Source: Owenia fusiformis (lineage: Eukaryota). From it: a stretch of 64,000 nt of DNA. The position numbers and the translations under genes were made by a program. Shown here piece by piece: positions 1 through 13,900 of this stretch. The stretch covers positions 6,076,001-6,140,000 of the forward strand of contig CAIIXF020000001.1 in NCBI GenBank assembly GCA_903813345.2, in the 5' to 3' direction. The notes beneath the pieces were generated by a model that worked only from the letters and a program-made list of their open reading frames with translations, had not been told where the DNA came from and ran no database searches. Numbering within the stretch: the stretch's first letter is position 1; the number at the start of each line of letters is the position of its first letter.

Positions 1-226
1 CCATGCCCCCCCCTTAGGGTAGGACCAAAAAAGTTTTAGGCCCCAGAAATTTTGTAGGGCCTCAATAAATGAACCTTTTCGGACATAACTTGGCCTTTTT
101 ATGCCAAATTATCAAAAATGGGGCTTTTCAAAATGTGGGCCCAATTTTGGTTAAAGGGGCCCAGATGTTTTTCCCTTTCTGACTTGAAATGTGCCTCCCC
201 CTTGTTAGCTTCTGGATCTGCCAGTG
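1..226. mobile_element. MITE right end, same family as 29089-29317
   Basis: Ends TCTGGATCTGCCAGTG; internal sequence similar to 29116-29250; truncated by the window start. Confidence 0.7.
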
Positions 227-656
227 ATAATAGCTATTATTGAGGGTTCAGGCAACAAATAACAATTTTTGCAACTAATTAGAAAGAAAAAACAGGTGGA
301 TATGAAAACCCTGACATAGAGCACATTATAAAGATAGTCTACATCTGTGATATGTATTTTAAAGATTTAACTCCTTCCACTTTTGAGGTTTTCCTTCCTT
401 GTATGAAATTGTGTTAAATATATATTTATACCCTTGCATCTTTACTCTACATGAAGGATTACTCCAATGCCCTATGGCTTAGTGTCCACCATGCTCAATT
501 CCTCCCCCCCACGAATTACATTCATGCTCTATTGTTTCTCGAATTCACTGATTAATTATTACAAAAAAACATAATTCAAGCAAAGTTGTATCATATGAAT
601 ATAAAATCTATCTAGTGTGAACATCTGTTTTGCATTTGAAATTTTAGTTTGAATTA

Positions 657-1003
657 ATATTCGAACATGACTGTATTCACCTCTTCTATAAACTGTAAAC
701 AAAGTCAACATTTCACCCGGGGTATATTCGCGAACAATACCCCTGGTAATACAAGTAATGTGTGCGCCATAACAGTGGGCTGTAGTAAGGGCGGACAATA
801 ATGAATATTCTAAACATTTTGGTGAGTTTTCATGTTCGAATCTTAATACAGACCTCAGAGCAGGGGTAATATAGTCAAATACACCCCTTAGGGCTAGGCA
901 CAAAAGCTTTCGAACTTCTCACTCCCTTCGGTCATTCAGGGTACACATTTGTGCCTAGCCCTGCGGGGTGTATTACCCCTGCTCTTCGGTCTATATTTCT
1001 TAA
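657..1003 (-). mobile_element. Non-autonomous repeat with a terminal foldback; inverted copy at 14676-15038
   Basis: Reverse-complement match to 14676-15038; internal inverted arms at ~842-904 and ~948-1003. Confidence 0.8.
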
Positions 1004-1725
1004 ATAACCTACATGAATCAAAATAACCTTTTAGATCCCTCTAGTTGACCAAAACATTCATGGCAAAGATGACAATGAAAAAAACTTGGTCATGGACCCT
1101 CTATAAGCTAATGTCACAATGATGTTAGTTTATTTACAAAAAATAAAGACCAGCCTTGTATATATTAGGAATCAGTCACCATAAAGTAACTATATGATCC
1201 TTATAACTGATGCATGTAAGTTAAATCAAACCCCCATGATTCACCATGGGGTCTTCTAAATGGTCATGGTTTTACTTTCAACAAAATATTTAATATTTGA
1301 ATGAATCCTGAAGTAAAGAGTACATAGCAGAATGCAGTCTGAGTACATGGTATTGTAATGACCTTTTCAGTAGTATTTGCATGTGTTAAGCAACACAAGA
1401 ATTTGTTTAAAGCAGGACTGCTCATTATAACACTGGCCATTTCAAATGCTGCTGGAGTAATTCAAAGTAAATTTTAATTGTTCTGATCTCCACTTGAAGG
1501 AAGTGTTAGTTGTCACTCGTTATTTTTTTGTGACTGAAATTCCCGTCATAATTTTCCTGCTCATCACCCTACATTTAATTTCCTGATTTTGAGAGAGTAT
1601 GTTTCAAAAAATAAAATGAGGCAAATTCGAAGGTAGTATCAAATTACTTTAAAGAAGTTGATTTTGAATTATGAAGTACAGACATGACTTCAAGATCACC
1701 AAAAAGTCAAGGTACATATTTATTA

Positions 1726-2291
1726 CTCCCGTCGAGAGCTACCATGTTAGATTTTGAAAGTATAGTTCTCTATCGCTAGAATCAACAGCTTAAGAATCCT
1801 GACTTCAAAGAAAATTCCGGGGAATTCAGCTGACTCATGTTGCACATTATATACCTGAAAATGTATCCTACATCGCCATCTTTCATTCAGCTCAACTATA
1901 GAACGTCTCACTGCCCTATGTATCGATCAGGACTTCATTTTATTGGTCGTGTCAAACGTTTTGGCCAGGTATATTCAATATGGCGGCTTGACGTTTCCCA
2001 AGTTGCGCATGCGTCCATAATATTTCCGTTTAACCGCCATATTGGAAATGGGTATCAAACAATGAATTCAAAAAACGATTAGAACTCCTGATCGCCATAG
2101 AAGCACATCAGCGATCCTACATGCACGGGGAAAGTAGACACATATGAGCCCATATGTAGGCTACAGTTTGAGACAAACAGTAAGCCGCTGAATGGCGCTG
2201 ATCAAATTTAGATGTCACAATTCTTCAGCTGGAGATCCTCACGATGGAGAGCTATACTTTCAAAATCTAACATGGTAGCTCTCGACGTGAA
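1726..2291. mobile_element. MITE with ~50-bp TIRs and TA flanks (Tc1/mariner-type)
   Basis: GTCGAGAGCTACCATGTTAGATTTTGAAAGTATAG at 1731 has its reverse complement ending at 2286; TA on both sides. Confidence 0.75.
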
Positions 2292-4158
2292 TAACATATT
2301 TACATTTCCTTCGGGCAAGGACGTCTATCTTGAGATAGACATCCTTGCTTCAGGCTTTGAAACTATTCTGAACTGAGAAATCAGATGGCCAGCCCGTGTG
2401 AGAAATCGAAGGATCAATCCTGATAACATCTTTATCGTGAATTTGTACACAAGATTTCAGCCTTTATACCAAATGGTCCCACTTTAAAAGACCAGCCAGA
2501 GTTTTATGAATGAATGGACCTAGTCCCACTCTCGTCAAGACCACAATCCGATTTCAACAAATCCCTGTGTGCTCTGTATCAAACCCATGTGTAAAAGTAT
2601 TACAATCAACATTTTGTTTTCTCTCAAACAGATCAAAATAAGGAAATTTACACTTTTAGAAGCTCTTTCGTTTAATTTTGCTGACTCAATCATCTTGATG
2701 ATTCACATTGGAAAAACATGACAATGAAAATGAAATTGAAATTTTTTGACATTTTCACATGTTCAATCGGTGACTTCAAATCTGAATTTCAACAATAATT
2801 GAGGATGAATTTACACAAAAAGTAGTTAAAACCAATGATATTTAAACCTTTTATAATATCAATCAAATTGGAAAATGATGTGATACAAATTATGGGTGTA
2901 AACATCGGAAATATACGTACCAGACTTTCTTTGTCTTCTGCTCTGTCTTTCGATTCTAAATTATCCTACACTGTACGAAATGTTTCTTGTTGAAACGCAT
3001 ATCATTTTCAATTCAAACTTTGAATACAATAATTTTCAAATCTTTCCTTTCTAGAATTTAGATTTGATTCAATAAATGATATAGATACCTGAAATTATAT
3101 TTTAAGTAATTTTAGATATTGTAAGTTTTATATAAGAAGGGAAACATAAAGCATATTTTTACACAGAATGATCGGTGAATCTAGACTGGGCGAGTCATGG
3201 ATAGGTGGCACCACAAGTCTTAGCATTCCTAAACAAATCCTCGAAATGCTAAATTTCATATTTTAAAACAGAAATAACTACAAGTCAAGATGAATTTGAA
3301 ACATTTGAAGACACTGCTGCCACCCCAGGTATGTAGTCCACATTTAGAACTATACTTGTTGACTCTGAACTCCTGAGATAATTGTCAAATGGATGATGAA
3401 AACTCTGAACATCCAGTTCATTTTTCATCATTCAATTTTCTTATAATTTTTGAATTTGTCTTTTGAAATTAAAATTTTTTCAAACTCAGGTTTGTTTGTA
3501 TGAAGTTCTTCCACGAAGTGGGCAGAGCTCTCCGTACATAAGATCGGGTGAAACTTGTTCAAGTGGCCTTACCCCGGGGGTGCACTGTGTATAAACATTG
3601 ACTGGGATCCTAGGCGCATAGGGTAGATCTACCTTTTGACAATCGGTATGGCAATGGACCCAAATTTTAGGATCTGGTATGAAAATGCCCTCCAAAATTA
3701 TGTGGTGTGGCTTTCGTCTCGTAGCTGCACATATCCTAATTTAAGGTTGTTTTGGATCATTTTCCTCAAAGATCTGCCTTCTGCTTGGGGCCTTCAGTTT
3801 GAATTTAACTTTTCTTACATGTGTGGTTTGGCATCTCTAATTGAAAGCCCGTGTCCTATATTTGGACATTTGGTATGGCATTGGTCCTATATTTGGACAT
3901 TTGGTATGGCAATGGTCTTATATTTGGATATTTGTTATGGTTTTTGAGCATTAGTCTATTTTGGTTGGTATGGGAACACGTCATAGAAATTTGACAGATT
4001 GGTATGGGAATATATTGATATCTGAGGGTTCAGCCTAGGAACCCCGCTGAATTTTGAATAAACACATAATGTGGGGTTGAATATTCAAATCACCCCATAA
4101 TTACTTGTGTATTGAAATATTATGGTGTTGAAAATAAGCTGAATTATTGGTATAATTA

Positions 4159-4367
4159 TGTAATGACCTTCGATAGCAAGTCGCTACTACAGTCTCAGCT
4201 GTAGTGGCTAGCCCTTATGGCTCAGGGGTAGAGCGTCTGACTCGAGAGCGGGAGGTCCTGGGTTCGATTCCCGTACGGGGCATTGAATTTAGCACATTCT
4301 CTTTCGAGTCTAGTATCTGGCTCGTTACACCACAGCTCCCCGACGAGCGTGCCCAAGGGTCGTTACA
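4159..4367 (+). mobile_element. Solo LTR-like element containing a tRNA-derived sequence (Helenus-like TRIM)
   Basis: Starts TGTAATGACC and ends GGTCGTTACA (10-bp inverted ends, 1 mismatch, TG...CA). Flanked by ATTA on both sides. Internal tRNA-like segment at 4211-4282. Confidence 0.7.
4211..4282 (+). pseudogene. tRNA-like sequence with Pol III A and B boxes; not a functional tRNA
   Basis: A box TGGCTCAGGGGTAGAGC, B box GGTTCGATTCC, intact D arm. Acceptor, anticodon and T stems contain mismatches. Confidence 0.75.
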
Positions 4368-4975
4368 ATTAGATAAAATTCAGCTTTCTGTCAGCTACTG
4401 ATAACGACTCACACTTTTTGTCTTCAACCAGTCATGAAAAGATTCTGAAAAAGGACACATCGTCAATGTTATGTTTTGAATGGTGTCAATTTAAATTGAA
4501 AGTATAGATATAAATTGTTTTAGAAAACACATGAGACACTGTCTTTTTCTCCTTGGTACCATATCTTTGGAATGCAATGAAATATATCTATCCAAACCTC
4601 TTTGGAAAAAATGACATCTTCACAACTCATTTAGGTCTCACAATATTATAAAAACAACGTTTGGATAGATATTTTATTTCAATCTCAAGAATTGGTAGAA
4701 AAGAACAAAATACAATTGTCTATAAATCTATAAAACAAAAACTGTTTATTAAAACAAATATATAAAATATATATAAATAATTTTCATATTAAATTATTTT
4801 CACCCGGTGACCATTAGTTGTAATTGACAATTTTCATTCTATCATGAATCATCAAATTTTATAACCAAATCAAAAAAGTTATAACAGGATGGGATAATAA
4901 TTTGTCTAATCAAGATGTGAGATTCAGGAAGGGAGAGTATATTATAATATCTTGAACCTTTTCCATTTACTTCAG

Positions 4976-7900
4976 GAGGGGGCAGCTAAGATTATGGCAG
5001 CAGTATTCTCACCAAATAACCAGAAACTGGCAATATGTACATCAGACAGAGTTATTGTTTTATTTGATGAAAATGGTGAGAAGAGAGACAAGTTTTCAAC
5101 CAAGCCAGCAGATGCCAAGGTAAATAAACATTTAAATATAGGTTTCAATTCTTGTTCAGCCAATACCATAACACTGTCATCTTCACTACAATGCACTTTA
5201 AAATCAACATATAGACTAATAGGGGAAATATAAACCAACCATACAAAATAAATAAATCACCTGTATTTTAAACTAAATTGCACGGTTTGAAAGGTTGAAG
5301 ATATATAGCCAGATAATGTATTATACTCTGCCTACCTCAATTCATACTTACTTTCAGTATGGAAAGAAGAGCTACATGGTAAAGGGACTGGCATTTTCTC
5401 CTGACTCAACTAAAATTGCTATTGGACAAACAGACAACATCATTTTTGTATACAAGATAGGTGAAGGGTGGTAAGTAACATTATCTTAAATGCATAGATT
5501 TGATTGCTTGTAAGAGTGAGTGTATAAATGCCATACTGTACAAAATAATATATAACGGTAACAAATAATGCTCATAAAACCCGTAGAGTGGAATGGCTCC
5601 ATAAGTTGAACACCTTTCAAAATCCTGCTACCCATAATATAAAGACACAGATCATGGAACACCTCCCAAATAGAACACTATTTTGAGGTTCCAAAGTAAT
5701 TTTTCAATGTTTCTGTACATTGTAAAATCTACATTTCTGGTTAAAGTCTTAAGTTTCCTCTCAACTGTACAATATACCAAGCTGTGCTTCATTTCAGGGG
5801 AGAGAAGAAGAGTATATGTAACAAGTTTGTCCAGCAGAGTGCAGTGACAACTCTAATTTGGCCACCTGATAACCAGATAGTATTTGGCACAGCAGATGGA
5901 AAGGTACATAAGAGAAAAGTTACTATTTTGCAGCATTTGACTCTTGTGTACAACTTCATGCATTAACATTTTTTACACAACAAAATGATATACTTTGATG
6001 CAATTTTCAACTATGATACAGCTTTTGCTACATAAAAACAGAAAGTTCACTCAATAATAGAACAAAAATTGTTTGAAGGTTTTGTCAATTTTAAAAATTT
6101 CAATCAGAGTAATATGTCTTTCTAATTCCAACCCTGAATTTATCTTTGAAGACTTATATCAGTGATAATGTATGAATTTGACATTAGAGTTTGACTCTAT
6201 TACTGTTCATCCTCATCAGTTTGAGTGAACATTATCATGATAGTCACATGTTTGTTCCTTGTAGATCCGATTGGCCAATGTGAAATCCAACAAGTCATCG
6301 ACACTCTACAACACTGACATCTATGTTGTTTCTCTCACAATGAAGTAAGTGACTGTCAATATATATGCTTTATATAAAAGAAATTGTTATTGCCAGATAT
6401 TTTTCTTGCCCTATTAATTTTTGAGCTTTGGTACAAATGTTTATGCTTCATGTGATGCATGAGTTAAGAAGTATCCACTCTTGTTATCAATCTTATTGTT
6501 TTTATCACTAAAACAGTTATTAAGATTTTGTTACTTATTTGATGCACAAGTAATATAAAACCAGATCACTGATTTTGCATCTATTACAGTCCCTCTGGCA
6601 AAGTAATTCTATCTCACCATGCTGATGGTGCAATTGTAAAATAAAACACCAAATCACTGAATTTCCATCTATTCCAGTCCCTCTGGCAAAGGTATCCTAT
6701 CTGGCCATGCTGACGGTGCAATTGTGCGCTATTTCTTTGATGATGAAGGAACTGGTGATTCTGTGGGTAAACTTTGCACCCATTCTTGTCCACCTTATGC
6801 TTTGGCATGGGCCAATAATTCTATCGTAGCAGCAGGGTGTGATAAACGTGTTGTGGCATATGGGAGAGAGGGTAGGGTGCTTCAACAGTTTGACTACAGC
6901 AGAGAGGAGGATGAACATGAGTTTACTACTGCTATTAGTAGCCCCAGTGGGCAGGCTGTTGTTCTTGGCAGTTATGATAGGTATTTACTTATTTCCCAAC
7001 CTCTACTCTTAAGCATTTATTTCAGTCTTCAATTTTAATCTTTGCTTCACCCAATCACTTGGAATAACACACAAACATGACACAAACATATTTACAATTG
7101 CTTCCAAGCCTAGCATAAACACTTAAATAATGACTTTATCAATCTCAAAGTATTCAGATAAAAACCTCATTTCATTATGTAATATACATGTAGATGAATG
7201 TACAGCGTATTTTTTTTATGGATGTGCACACATATTGGAATGTACAGTTTAGGTATTTTGAACTAAGGGCCACTTAACATTTTCCTTTATTCATACACTA
7301 GCAAATCAAAAGTAATACTGTTTCATAAGTCTCCATATATTTTGGATATAAACCATGATATGTTTGACTTTCCAGGTTACGAATGATCACATGGAGTCCC
7401 AGGAAAGGTATGTGGGAAGAAGGCAAATGCAAAGACATTTCTAATCTCTACACAATCACTGCACTGGCATGGAAGAAAGAAGGATCAAAAATTGTTGCTG
7501 TAAGTTTTGAAACTTTGATTTATTTATCATTTCCATCCGCATCTTGGTAACATATGTCATTCATTCAACAATTTAGAATAATCAACACATTTGTGTCTCA
7601 CACTTATTTTGCCTTCTTAGTAGGCTTTCTTTGTATCTGTATCAGCACTTGGGCCAACCCCTCCTAAGCGTCTTTTTCAGGACTTTCATCGTTATGAGGC
7701 CTATATGCTGTTGTGTTTGTTTTTCTTTTGCATCTTGAATTTTGGATTTTTGCTTGTAATTTATTTTTTGGTTTATTTGTCTTTTAGTGAGTGATATTGA
7801 GACTTAAATGTTATCATGTTATGACTTCAATATGTCAATAAAATGTTTATACAAGTATATGACACACAAGCAAGATGAAGGGATGTTTAGCATATTAAGT

Positions 7901-10900
7901 GAATACAAAATATGAAAATTAAAATCAATTGATATCTCCATAAAAATGAATTGAAAGGGTATATGCTAACCTTTTGTGAACCTTTTCTTCGTGCAGGGTA
8001 CATTATGTGGAGGCTTGGAGCTGTTTGATTGTGCCAGTAAGAAACAGATCTACAAGAACAAGTATGAGATGACTCATGTTGGACCAAGTCAGGTAATTGA
8101 TTTCAGAAATTGAAACACTTTGTAAAACATGTACACATTACATTCAGTTGTGTATGATATATTTTAAGGGCACTAGAAGGGTGGAGATGAGTTGAGACTG
8201 TAAGTTCATTAAAAAATTAGCCCAAATTCGAAATACTTTTTTCTCTCATGATTCCATGTCGTGCCCATTTTTTAAAAGTCTAACAGTTCTGACTTTATTT
8301 CAGAATAATTCTTTTGAACAATATCTGGAAAAAATTGAAAAGAGATGTCCCTTTTCAATTCTAATTGGACATTTCTGCATCTCAAATCTTATCTTCGAAA
8401 AATCAGATATCATTAATTCTTTTTTCAGAAAATGACATAAGAATTGTAAGGGAAACATTGGCAAAATTTTTGAAAAGGTTGCTTATAGCATTTTACATCC
8501 TCTTACAGTTCTTTATTATTCCTTGTGAATAGTCATTAACTATATTGCCAGCAGTTATGCTAAACATAAGAATCATATTTCCAAAGATGAGTTAGATATT
8601 TAATTGGACATCTTATTAAGTGGGAGGAGATACAGAAGAATGTTTACGAAATTAGAAAAACATTTTTCCCACAATGTTCTTTTAAGAGACCTAAACATAT
8701 TTATTATTTGATTCCTTCCTTTGCATTTCTGTTTATTGCCAAAGTCATTATGCCATTTTATGTCACTTGGGCATTTATTGTAATTTTTTAGCATCCACCC
8801 CTTTGGAAAGGATGCAACAAACAAAGAGTTATCATTTCACTTATAAATGTGGTGACATTATTATGAATATAATCAGGTAACCTTGTTTCATTTGTGTTTC
8901 AGGTGATAGTTCGTGAAATGTCATCAGGAAGTAAAATCAATCTGCGTTCGAATTATGGCTATGAAATAGATGAAGTGAAGATCATGGGTAAAGATCGCTA
9001 CCTTGTGGCTCATACATCGGATACGTTGTTGCTAGGAGACATGCAAACAAGGGCATTAAGTGAGGTACGGTAACAGAAAGCTTTAAGTTAAGTCCCTATT
9101 TATTCAATATCCACAGCAAACTCATAATGAAATTAATAAAAAAAGGTGACTAGTGAAATTGTTATTATACATTAACTGATGCTTTCAGGTTCCATGGCAA
9201 GGTTCTGGTGGAAATGAGAAGTACTATTTTGACAATGAGAATGTTTGCATGATCTTCAATGCAGGAGAGCTCTCATTGGTTGAATATGGAAGCAATGAGA
9301 TTCTTGGATCAGTGAGGACAGAATTCATGAACCCACATTTGATTAGGTAAGTGTTTCATGCTTATTTGCGCATAGTGCTTGTACCAGTTGGATTTGTTTT
9401 ACATGCAGATTAAAAATAAAACAGTTATACTGTATTTTGATGCTGTTTTGTTCCAGTGTTCGACTGAATGAGAGAAAACAACGAGGTGTTGATGATAACA
9501 AAAAGATGGCGTATCTGATTGATTTAAAAACAATCGCAATCAGTAAGTTTTTTGAATTGCTTACCCTTGAATCAAAAAACAATGTTATGCATAACTTTTA
9601 CATTGTTTTAACCGTCGTTTCGTATCTTCTTTATTGGTTGTCCTAACTTTAGAAATACATAAATATATTAGCTTTTGCACTATGAATTATGCTTATTGTA
9701 CTATTATGCTTATTATAACAGTGGAAATGACAATGGGCCTTAATCTTGGGCAAGTCTCTCACGACTCTAAACTAGACTGGCTAGAACTGAATGAGACTGG
9801 ACGATACCTGTTGTTCCGTGACAAGCAACTTAAGCTCCATCTATATGACATTGAGTCCCAACACCGCACAACAATTCTCAACTATTGCTCGTATGTGCAA
9901 TGGGTTCCTGGAAGTGATGTGGTGGTTGCACAGAACAGAGGCAACCTGTGTATTTGGTATAACATTGATGCCCCTGAAAGAGTTACCATGTTTCCAATTA
10001 AGGTACAAATTTCTGTTTTATCTGTTCATTTTATAGATTTAATCACAAACATGCTAACAAACACAATCACTGACTGTTTTTTGACTTGAATTTCCTATTT
10101 TTTTTACATGTCATATGAAACAAAATAATGGTGAAGTGTACCTATTTACAGGGAGACATAGTTGACCTTGAAAGAACAGATAACAAGACAGAGGTTCTTG
10201 TGAAGGAGGGAGTAACCACCATCTCTTACACACTTGATGAGGGCCTCATTGAATTTGGAACAGCTATAGATGATGGTGATTTTGGAAGGTATTTTATATA
10301 ATAGAACAGAAATCTTAAAATGTGAGATTGACTCTAATCCATGATAGAAGATTATTTCTGATTTAAAAAGAATGTTGAAATGTACAATGTTTGAAAAAGG
10401 ATCATTTTCAAGATCAATCATCTTTAATTATTCTTCTATAAATTTTAATGCTTGATGTACTGTATTCATTTAGCCACACTGCTATATATACAGTTTTTAT
10501 GTCACCACCAAAAAGGGGTGACATATTGTAAAGGTCTCTGTTTTTTTTTTAGGGCAGTTGACGATCGGCGTCTGTAAAAAATTCTTACAACTTCCAATAA
10601 CTTAACAAATACTGTTTAGCCTGACTTCAATTTTTTTCAAAACCATCTACACGTTTTCAGAAGTTCAAATCTGACTTTATACTAAGATTTGACCTTCAAT
10701 GAGCTTTTCAAGGTCAAAAAAGTTAAAAAGGTCAAAAAGGTCTTTTTTCAACTCGCTTCAAATTAACCAATTTTTTTTCAAAATCATCTACAAGTTATCA
10801 GAAGTTCAAATCTGACTTTAGATATTTGAGATTTCACCTTCAATGACCTTCTCAGGGTCAAAAAGGTCTTTTTATGTTCATGTAGAGTATAGATATGGCC

Positions 10901-13900
10901 GTGAGAGTCGTACATGTAAAATTATTAATATAAAATTAATATAAATAAATATTGAGCCAATTAACACAAAACACAATACCTTGGAAAATAATGGCTAATT
11001 TAAGTTAATTAGCTACAAGAGTTTACAATTTGACATAACTGTTAATTAGCTCAATTGGATATATTAAAATACCATCTCCAACTCATCTTCTTGGGCGAAA
11101 ATAAATCTCCAACTGGTGGTGTAAGCTGGGGAAGGAGGTGAGGGAAAAGAATCGAAATGTATAACTTACATTGATGTTAATGGATTTTGTACGCACCTAG
11201 GGAGAAAACCCTCCAACTACAATCCTATCGATATCTCGTCTAAAGTCTCATCTCGTACTCTCGAGATCTGAAGCTTGATGTTTCGTTCAGTGTAACTTAC
11301 CAGAAACATTTACCTGGGATAACCGGGGAATGGTCTTCTTAGGGCTTGTTCAAACCTAAACCTTAACCGACTCTCACATTGCCATAAATGAAATTATTGT
11401 CAATAATTTGAATTTTCAACTTTCTTCAAATCGACCAATTTATTTTTTCAAAATCATCTACAGTTCTCAGAAATTCAAATCTGACTTACGATTGAACTAA
11501 TAATATTGAGAGCAACTAGGTGGTGACATTTTGTCATGTTAATGCCTTGTTATGTATTGATATTACAATTATTTCTCTCTCATAAAGGGCAGTGACATTC
11601 CTGGAGACACTAGAGATGTCCTCTGAAACTGAAGCCATGTGGAAAACACTGAGTAAACTCTCACTTGAGGCCAAACAGATCCACATAGCTGAGAGGTAGG
11701 TTTTTTTCTGTATTTTATTATAACTGGGGGCCTTTAGTGGATTATATAAATGTCTTTAAATTCATCAGATGCCACTAGGATAATTATTATAATTAAATGA
11801 TGATTATTTGATAAATCTGCATCCCTACATTGAATTTAACACTACCCTAAACTGATTAGATACTCTATACCAGCCAGCAGGGTGATGTATGCATGTTATT
11901 GATGTATAATATATAAAATATATATGTGGCAATGTGTAATGGACTGTATTTAACCCCCTAGGTGTTATGCTGCTTTGGGGGATGTATCTAAAGCTCGATA
12001 TCTTAGAGAAACAAACAAAATTGCTGCTGATGCTGCAAAGAATATTGGAGGAGATGGAATGAATCATTACAAAGTATGAATCCTCAATTAGAAATTTAAA
12101 TACGATTATTAATAATCTTTATATAATCTTTATTTAAAGAGGCAAATAAATTATACATACATACAATGTTATCCTTGTGATATTATGAAATGTTGATAAA
12201 AGTTTTGATTTTTTGGCAATAATTTTTGTCAGTTTTGAACCACCTTGATAAATGGAGCTAAGACCTACTTTGAGCAGCTGTGAAAGGACCCAAGTGGAAA
12301 TTGAAGACATTACTGATGTGTTGATTAATTTATTGTATTGTAGGTCAGAGCAAGAATGGCTATCATAGAAAAACAATACAAAGAGGCTGAGAGTGTTTAC
12401 TTGGAGCAGAATAACATTGATGAGGCCATGGAGATGTACCAGGAACTACACAAGTGGGATGAAGCTATAGAAGTAGCAGAGGCAAAGGTATTGCCAATTG
12501 CAAAAATCATAATCAAAGGAGTCGTAGCATGTTATTTTTCTTTGTTATCAAAGTGAGTTCAATGATCTAAAGCTGTGTCAGTCCATTGTGTTGACTTGAC
12601 CATATGTTTACTTGACGATGTTACCTGGAGTTGAGTTTCGCAAAGGTAGAGTTGCCCTGGGTTGATTTCTTCGAGGGAACACTTAAAACGTATGTCAGAT
12701 TTTAGTTGATATAGTGTTAAAGGAGATGAGCAATCCTTTTATCAAGAGTATGTACATCATAGACATTAATCGATTAATTTATTGTAGGGTCACCCAGAAC
12801 TTGAGAACCTGAAGAAGAACTATTACCAGTGGCTAATGGAGACAAACCAGGAGGAGGCTGCAGGGGAAATGAAGGAGAAGGAGGGAGATTACATGGCAGC
12901 ACTGGCCCTTTATATGAAAGCAGGGCTGCCTGCTAGGGCTGCAAGGCTGGCAACTAGTAGAGATGAACTCATATCAAACAAAGACATCGTCAGCAGGATT
13001 GCCAATGCTCTCATCAAGGGAGAGTTCTTTGAAAGGGTAAGACAGGAATTACCTCAAAAATGAATGCTTGCCAAGAACAGTATCTCCCTTCCGAACCCCT
13101 TGACTATATCGACGGGTGCTGTAGTTCTTGTACTGTTATTCTGTAGAAATTTATTGATGTTTGATAATAACCTGTAGAGACAGACTAAAATTATTTTAGC
13201 AAGTTCCTGGAACATTATTTGTATTGAGTATGTTACATTCCTAGCCTATCATCTAACATATAGAAAATGTAATCTTTGCATATTTCCCTTGTTCTCACAG
13301 GCTGGTGATCTATTTGAGAAGATACGTGATCACAAATATGCCCTGGATTGCTACAGGAAGGGCCAGGCTTATAGGAGGGCTGTGGAGCTGGCCAGGTATG
13401 CCTTCCCTGAGGATGTAGTGAAATTAGAAGAGGAGTGGGGAGATCATCTTGTGGCACAGAAACAATTGGATGCAGCTATTAACCATTACATTGAGGCAGG
13501 GTAAGATAATAAAGTTAGAATTAATCTTCCTTGAAATAATGGAGAGCTTATGCGATGTATCCTGTATTCCTTGCATGAAAATCAGTTCACCAATAACTTG
13601 TCAATGTTGATATAATTTTCAACTGATGATGTAGGGCCATTAAATGGACATCTTGTTTCTATGATTAAGGGCTACCATGAAAGCAGTGGAAGCAGCTATC
13701 AACTCCAGACAATGGCATAAAGCTGTCCAGATCCTAGAGGTGGTTGGTGATGCCAGTATTGCCTCACGTTACTACATCAAGATTGCTAAGCATTATGCCT
13801 CTATTGGAGAATATGAGGTAAGATTTTACTATAGATGGTATCCACTTAATTTATGGATGTAGGTGAGAAAACTGTATAAACCTCATTCGCTATTATAATC

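Noticed and set aside
559-903. ORF pair 559-903 (-) and 14791-14982 (+) as a small gene family
   Set aside because: Both are chance frames, starting at non-ATG codons, in copies of the same non-coding repeat.
4211-4282. Functional tRNA-Ser(CGA)
   Set aside because: Mismatched acceptor, anticodon and T stems, and no long variable arm; it sits inside an LTR-like element.
1-4975. First coding exon of IFT172
   Set aside because: No ATG-initiated ~13-codon match with a donor site was found; it probably lies upstream of the window.
10540-10580. Decoy acceptor (T)nAG|GGCAGT resembling the true exon start at 11588
   Set aside because: Only a 6-nt match, inside a transposon, with a stop soon after; probably coincidence.
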